Below, piece by piece: positions 61,258-64,000 of a stretch of 64,000 nucleotides of DNA. Origin of the DNA: Nitrospirota bacterium. GTDB lineage: Bacteria; Nitrospirota; UBA9217. Where the stretch lies: NCBI GenBank assembly GCA_963790205.1, contig CAWBNQ010000008.1, positions 128,001-192,000 of the forward strand. The letters are read 5' to 3'. The translations under genes and the position numbers were made by a program. The notes below the pieces were generated by a model. It worked only from the letters and a program-made list of their open reading frames with translations, searched no databases and was not told the DNA's origin. Every line of letters starts with the position of its first letter. The first letter of the stretch is position 1.

Positions 61258-62748
61258 GTGATTACCATATTGATCATACCGATCGTGACGGCCGTCCTAT
61301 GCTACGCGCTGAAGAAGGCGCGACTGACGGGCTACGTGAGCCTCGCCGGCGCCATTGCCCTCGCGGTCTCTGCCTGGCCGACCATCGCGGCATCGGTGTC
61401 CGCGCCGGTATCCGCAATGGGCGGCGCGTTCTCCATGGATGCGCTCTCGGGATATATCATGGGGCTTGTGATATTTCTGAGCCTTGCCTCGGCCATCTAT
61501 TCCATCAGCTACCTTGAGCACGAGCTCGAGACGGAGCTCATTGACCTCCGCGGGGTGCGGCGGTACTACGGCCTGCTGCATCTCTTCATCTTTACCATGC
61601 TCCTCGTGACGATGGCGAACAACCTGGCGATCATGTGGATCGGGATCGAGGCCACGACCATCGTGTCGGCGCTCCTCATCGGCCTCGGGTTCCACAAGCG
61701 GCCCCTGGCAGTCGAGGCCGCCTGGAAATACATCATCCTCTGCACCGTGGGCATCACCTTTGCGCTCCTCGGGACCTTCATCACCTATTACGCTTCTACG
61801 GCGGTCATGGGGACGGAGGGGGCGCTCAACTGGACCGTGCTCAGGACCGTTGCCCCGCGGCTCAATCCCGAGACCATGAAGCTCGCCTTCATCTTCGTGC
61901 TCGTGGGCTACGGCACCAAGGCAGGTCTGGCGCCGGTGCATAACTGGCTGCCTGACGCGCACAGCCAGGCGCCGAGTCCCATCAGCGCCTTGCTCTCCGG
62001 CATCCTCCTGAATACCGCATTTTACGGCATCATGCGCTTTGTATCGATCGTCGAACCGTCGACGGGAGAGGCGTTCACCGGCAACCTCTTGGTCATCTTC
62101 GGGCTCATCTCGGTTGGCATCGCCGCCATTTTCATTCTTGTCCAGGAGAACTACAAGCGGCTCCTTGCGTACAGCAGCATCGAACATATGGGCATCATCT
62201 CTCTTGGCGTCGGCATCGGCGGACCGATCGGCCTCTATGGAGCTCTCCTTCATATATTGAACCACGCGCTGTCAAAGCCGCTCATGTTCTTCGCCTCGGG
62301 CAAGATCCAGTCCCGTTTCGGGTCCCAGAACATCGCGAGCGTGAGGGGCGTGCTCACCTCCATGCCGCTCCTTGGCACGCTGACGTTCATCGGCGCTCTG
62401 TCGCTCTCGGGCACGCCGCCCTTTAACATCTTCGTGAGCGAATTCACGGTCCTCAAGGCGGGGGTGGACAAGGGAATGTGGACTGTCGTGGCTCTTTTCC
62501 TGCTTTTCGTGGTCATTGTGTTCTACGGAGTCCTGTCGGGGTTCGGGAAGATGTTGTTTGGAAAACCCGGTGATGCGGTCGGAAGCGGGACAGGTCATCA
62601 CCCCGCGCCTGCCCTGAGTCTCGGCCGCGTTCTCGGCAACGGCATCATGATCATCATGGCCCTCTCGGTCATCTTCATGGGTCTCAGAGTGCCCGGCTTT
62701 ATCGATGAGACGATCAAAACCTGCATTCAAGTACTTGGAGCAAAATGA
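61258..62748 (+). CDS. hyfF: Hydrogenase-4 component F-like antiporter subunit
   Basis: EATT, EAAWKY, GYGTKAGLAP..WLPDAHSQAP and KRLLAYSSIEH motifs. Confidence 0.88.
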   Translation: MITILIIPIVTAVLCYALKKARLTGYVSLAGAIALAVSAWPTIAASVSAPVSAMGGAFSMDALSGYIMGLVIFLSLASAIYSISYLEHELETELIDLRGVRRYYGLLHLFIFTMLLVTMANNLAIMWIGIEATTIVSALLIGLGFHKRPLAVEAAWKYIILCTVGITFALLGTFITYYASTAVMGTEGALNWTVLRTVAPRLNPETMKLAFIFVLVGYGTKAGLAPVHNWLPDAHSQAPSPISALLSGILLNTAFYGIMRFVSIVEPSTGEAFTGNLLVIFGLISVGIAAIFILVQENYKRLLAYSSIEHMGIISLGVGIGGPIGLYGALLHILNHALSKPLMFFASGKIQSRFGSQNIASVRGVLTSMPLLGTLTFIGALSLSGTPPFNIFVSEFTVLKAGVDKGMWTVVALFLLFVVIVFYGVLSGFGKMLFGKPGDAVGSGTGHHPAPALSLGRVLGNGIMIIMALSVIFMGLRVPGFIDETIKTCIQVLGAK

Positions 62749-64000
62749 TGGAGTATGTTTTTCAAAAAGCGATAACGAGGCGGGAACGGGACAATGAGGT
62801 CGCCATCGAGGTCGGTAAAGAAGACTTCAAGGACGTCTGCGTGTATCTTAACTCCGCTCGGCATGCGCTTTTGCGCCTCATGTTCGCCGTTGACGAGCGT
62901 GAGAAGGAAGGCGTTTTCAGAATTTACACGGTCTTCTCCATTCCCGGTAAGGACACGTTTTACTTCATCATCCTGTCGTTAAAAAACGAGACCTCGTTTC
63001 CGTCACTCACGAGCGTCATCCCCGCGGCCCATTGGTATGAGCGTGAGATAAACGATATGTTCGGCCTCGCGCCGCGGGGACACCCGGACCTTCGCAGGCT
63101 GGTCTTTCATGAGGCTTTCCCTTCCGGTTCTCACCCGCTCAGGAAAGATTGGAATATGACGGAAGCCGACAAGAAAGAATGGGGAGCGGGAACAGCCGTA
63201 AAGGTCCCGCATCCGTTCATGGAGGTGGCCGGCGAGGGGATCATCGAGATTCCCGTTGGTCCGGTGCATGCGGGCATCATCGAACCGGGTCATTTCCGGT
63301 TCAGCGCCGTGGGTGAGACCATCTTCTTCCTGGAACCGCGTTTGTCCTATACCCACAAGGGTACGGAGAAACATTTCGAGACGCTGGGCTTTGCCGAGGG
63401 GGTGCAGCTTGCCGAGCGTGTTTCGGGCACCTCGTCCTTCTCCCACGGGGCCGCTTATTGCATGGCCGTCGAGCGGATGACCGGGGCCAATATCTCGGAA
63501 AAGGCCGCTGCCGTGCGGACACTCCTGCTCGAGCTCGAGCGGCTCTATAACCATATCGGCGACATCGGGAACATGTGCGCCGGAACGGCGCTTGGCGTGG
63601 GCTATATGAACGGCGCGGTCATCAAGGAGCAGCTTATGCAGCTCAATGAGCGGCTCACGGGGAGCCGCTATTTGCGAGGCGTGAACGTTGTGGGCGGCGT
63701 TACCAGGGACGTCTTCAGCCAGGCCGACGACATCCTGAAGACCGTTGACAAGGCCACGAAAGACTACAAGGATCTCATGCAGCTCCTGTTGGGATCGGTC
63801 TCGCATATAGAACGGCTCCAGAACACCGGCAGGCTCTCGAAGGACATCGCCGCGAAGCTCGGCGTCACCGGAGTGGCCGCACGGGCATCGGGCCTGCCCG
63901 ACGATATGAGGAAGTCCCATCCTCACCTCCTGTACGACCGGCTGATCTTCGAAGCGCATACGCTCGAAAAAGGGGACGTATACGCGCGCATGATGCTCCG
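62745..64000 (+). CDS. Ehr large subunit (NuoC/D-like fusion, HycE/HyfG-like) lacking the N-terminal NiFe cysteines; partial
   Basis: Manual translation gives WYEREINDMFG, HPLRKD, VGPVHAGIIEPGHFRF, YTHKGTE, AERVSGTSS (in place of RxCGxC) and ELERLYNH. Confidence 0.88.
   Translation, partial: MMEYVFQKAITRRERDNEVAIEVGKEDFKDVCVYLNSARHALLRLMFAVDEREKEGVFRIYTVFSIPGKDTFYFIILSLKNETSFPSLTSVIPAAHWYEREINDMFGLAPRGHPDLRRLVFHEAFPSGSHPLRKDWNMTEADKKEWGAGTAVKVPHPFMEVAGEGIIEIPVGPVHAGIIEPGHFRFSAVGETIFFLEPRLSYTHKGTEKHFETLGFAEGVQLAERVSGTSSFSHGAAYCMAVERMTGANISEKAAAVRTLLLELERLYNHIGDIGNMCAGTALGVGYMNGAVIKEQLMQLNERLTGSRYLRGVNVVGGVTRDVFSQADDILKTVDKATKDYKDLMQLLLGSVSHIERLQNTGRLSKDIAAKLGVTGVAARASGLPDDMRKSHPHLLYDRLIFEAHTLEKGDVYARMML

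Overview
GC-rich bacterial chromosome segment, probably from an anaerobe; Nitrospirota or Desulfobacterota is an inference from gene content. From left to right: (1) selB (partial) and selA, a DUF2180-like Zn-finger protein and a Tat-exported metallophosphoesterase. (2) An AT-richer stretch (~4950-9660) that reads as an integron cassette array without an integrase (CALIN). It has an attI-like core, five attC-like sites, an ASCH + HNH nuclease pair, three unknown genes, a tiny ORF-less cassette and a toxin-antitoxin pair. (3) rnr and glnE, both broken by apparent +1 indels that may be sequencing errors. (4) A long ion, pH and osmotic stress region: TauE/DUF1634, nhaA, a two-route glucosylglycerate cluster, a copA remnant, three USPs, an N-type ATPase operon (atpDCQBEFAG, no atpR, c subunit lacking the full Na+ motif), a P3A-type H+-ATPase, two CLC-CBS transporters, PfpI, proteases, MarR and Pal. 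(5) The start of an Ehr (hydrogenase-4-like, no N-terminal NiFe cysteines) operon, preceded by a candidate pseudoknotted leader RNA. About eight short elements built from 7- or 9-bp periodic units (most with inverted arms), plus a nested MITE-like element, sit at gene junctions, often inside operons. No rRNA, tRNA or CRISPR array was seen. All calls were made by eye from motifs; no database searches were run.
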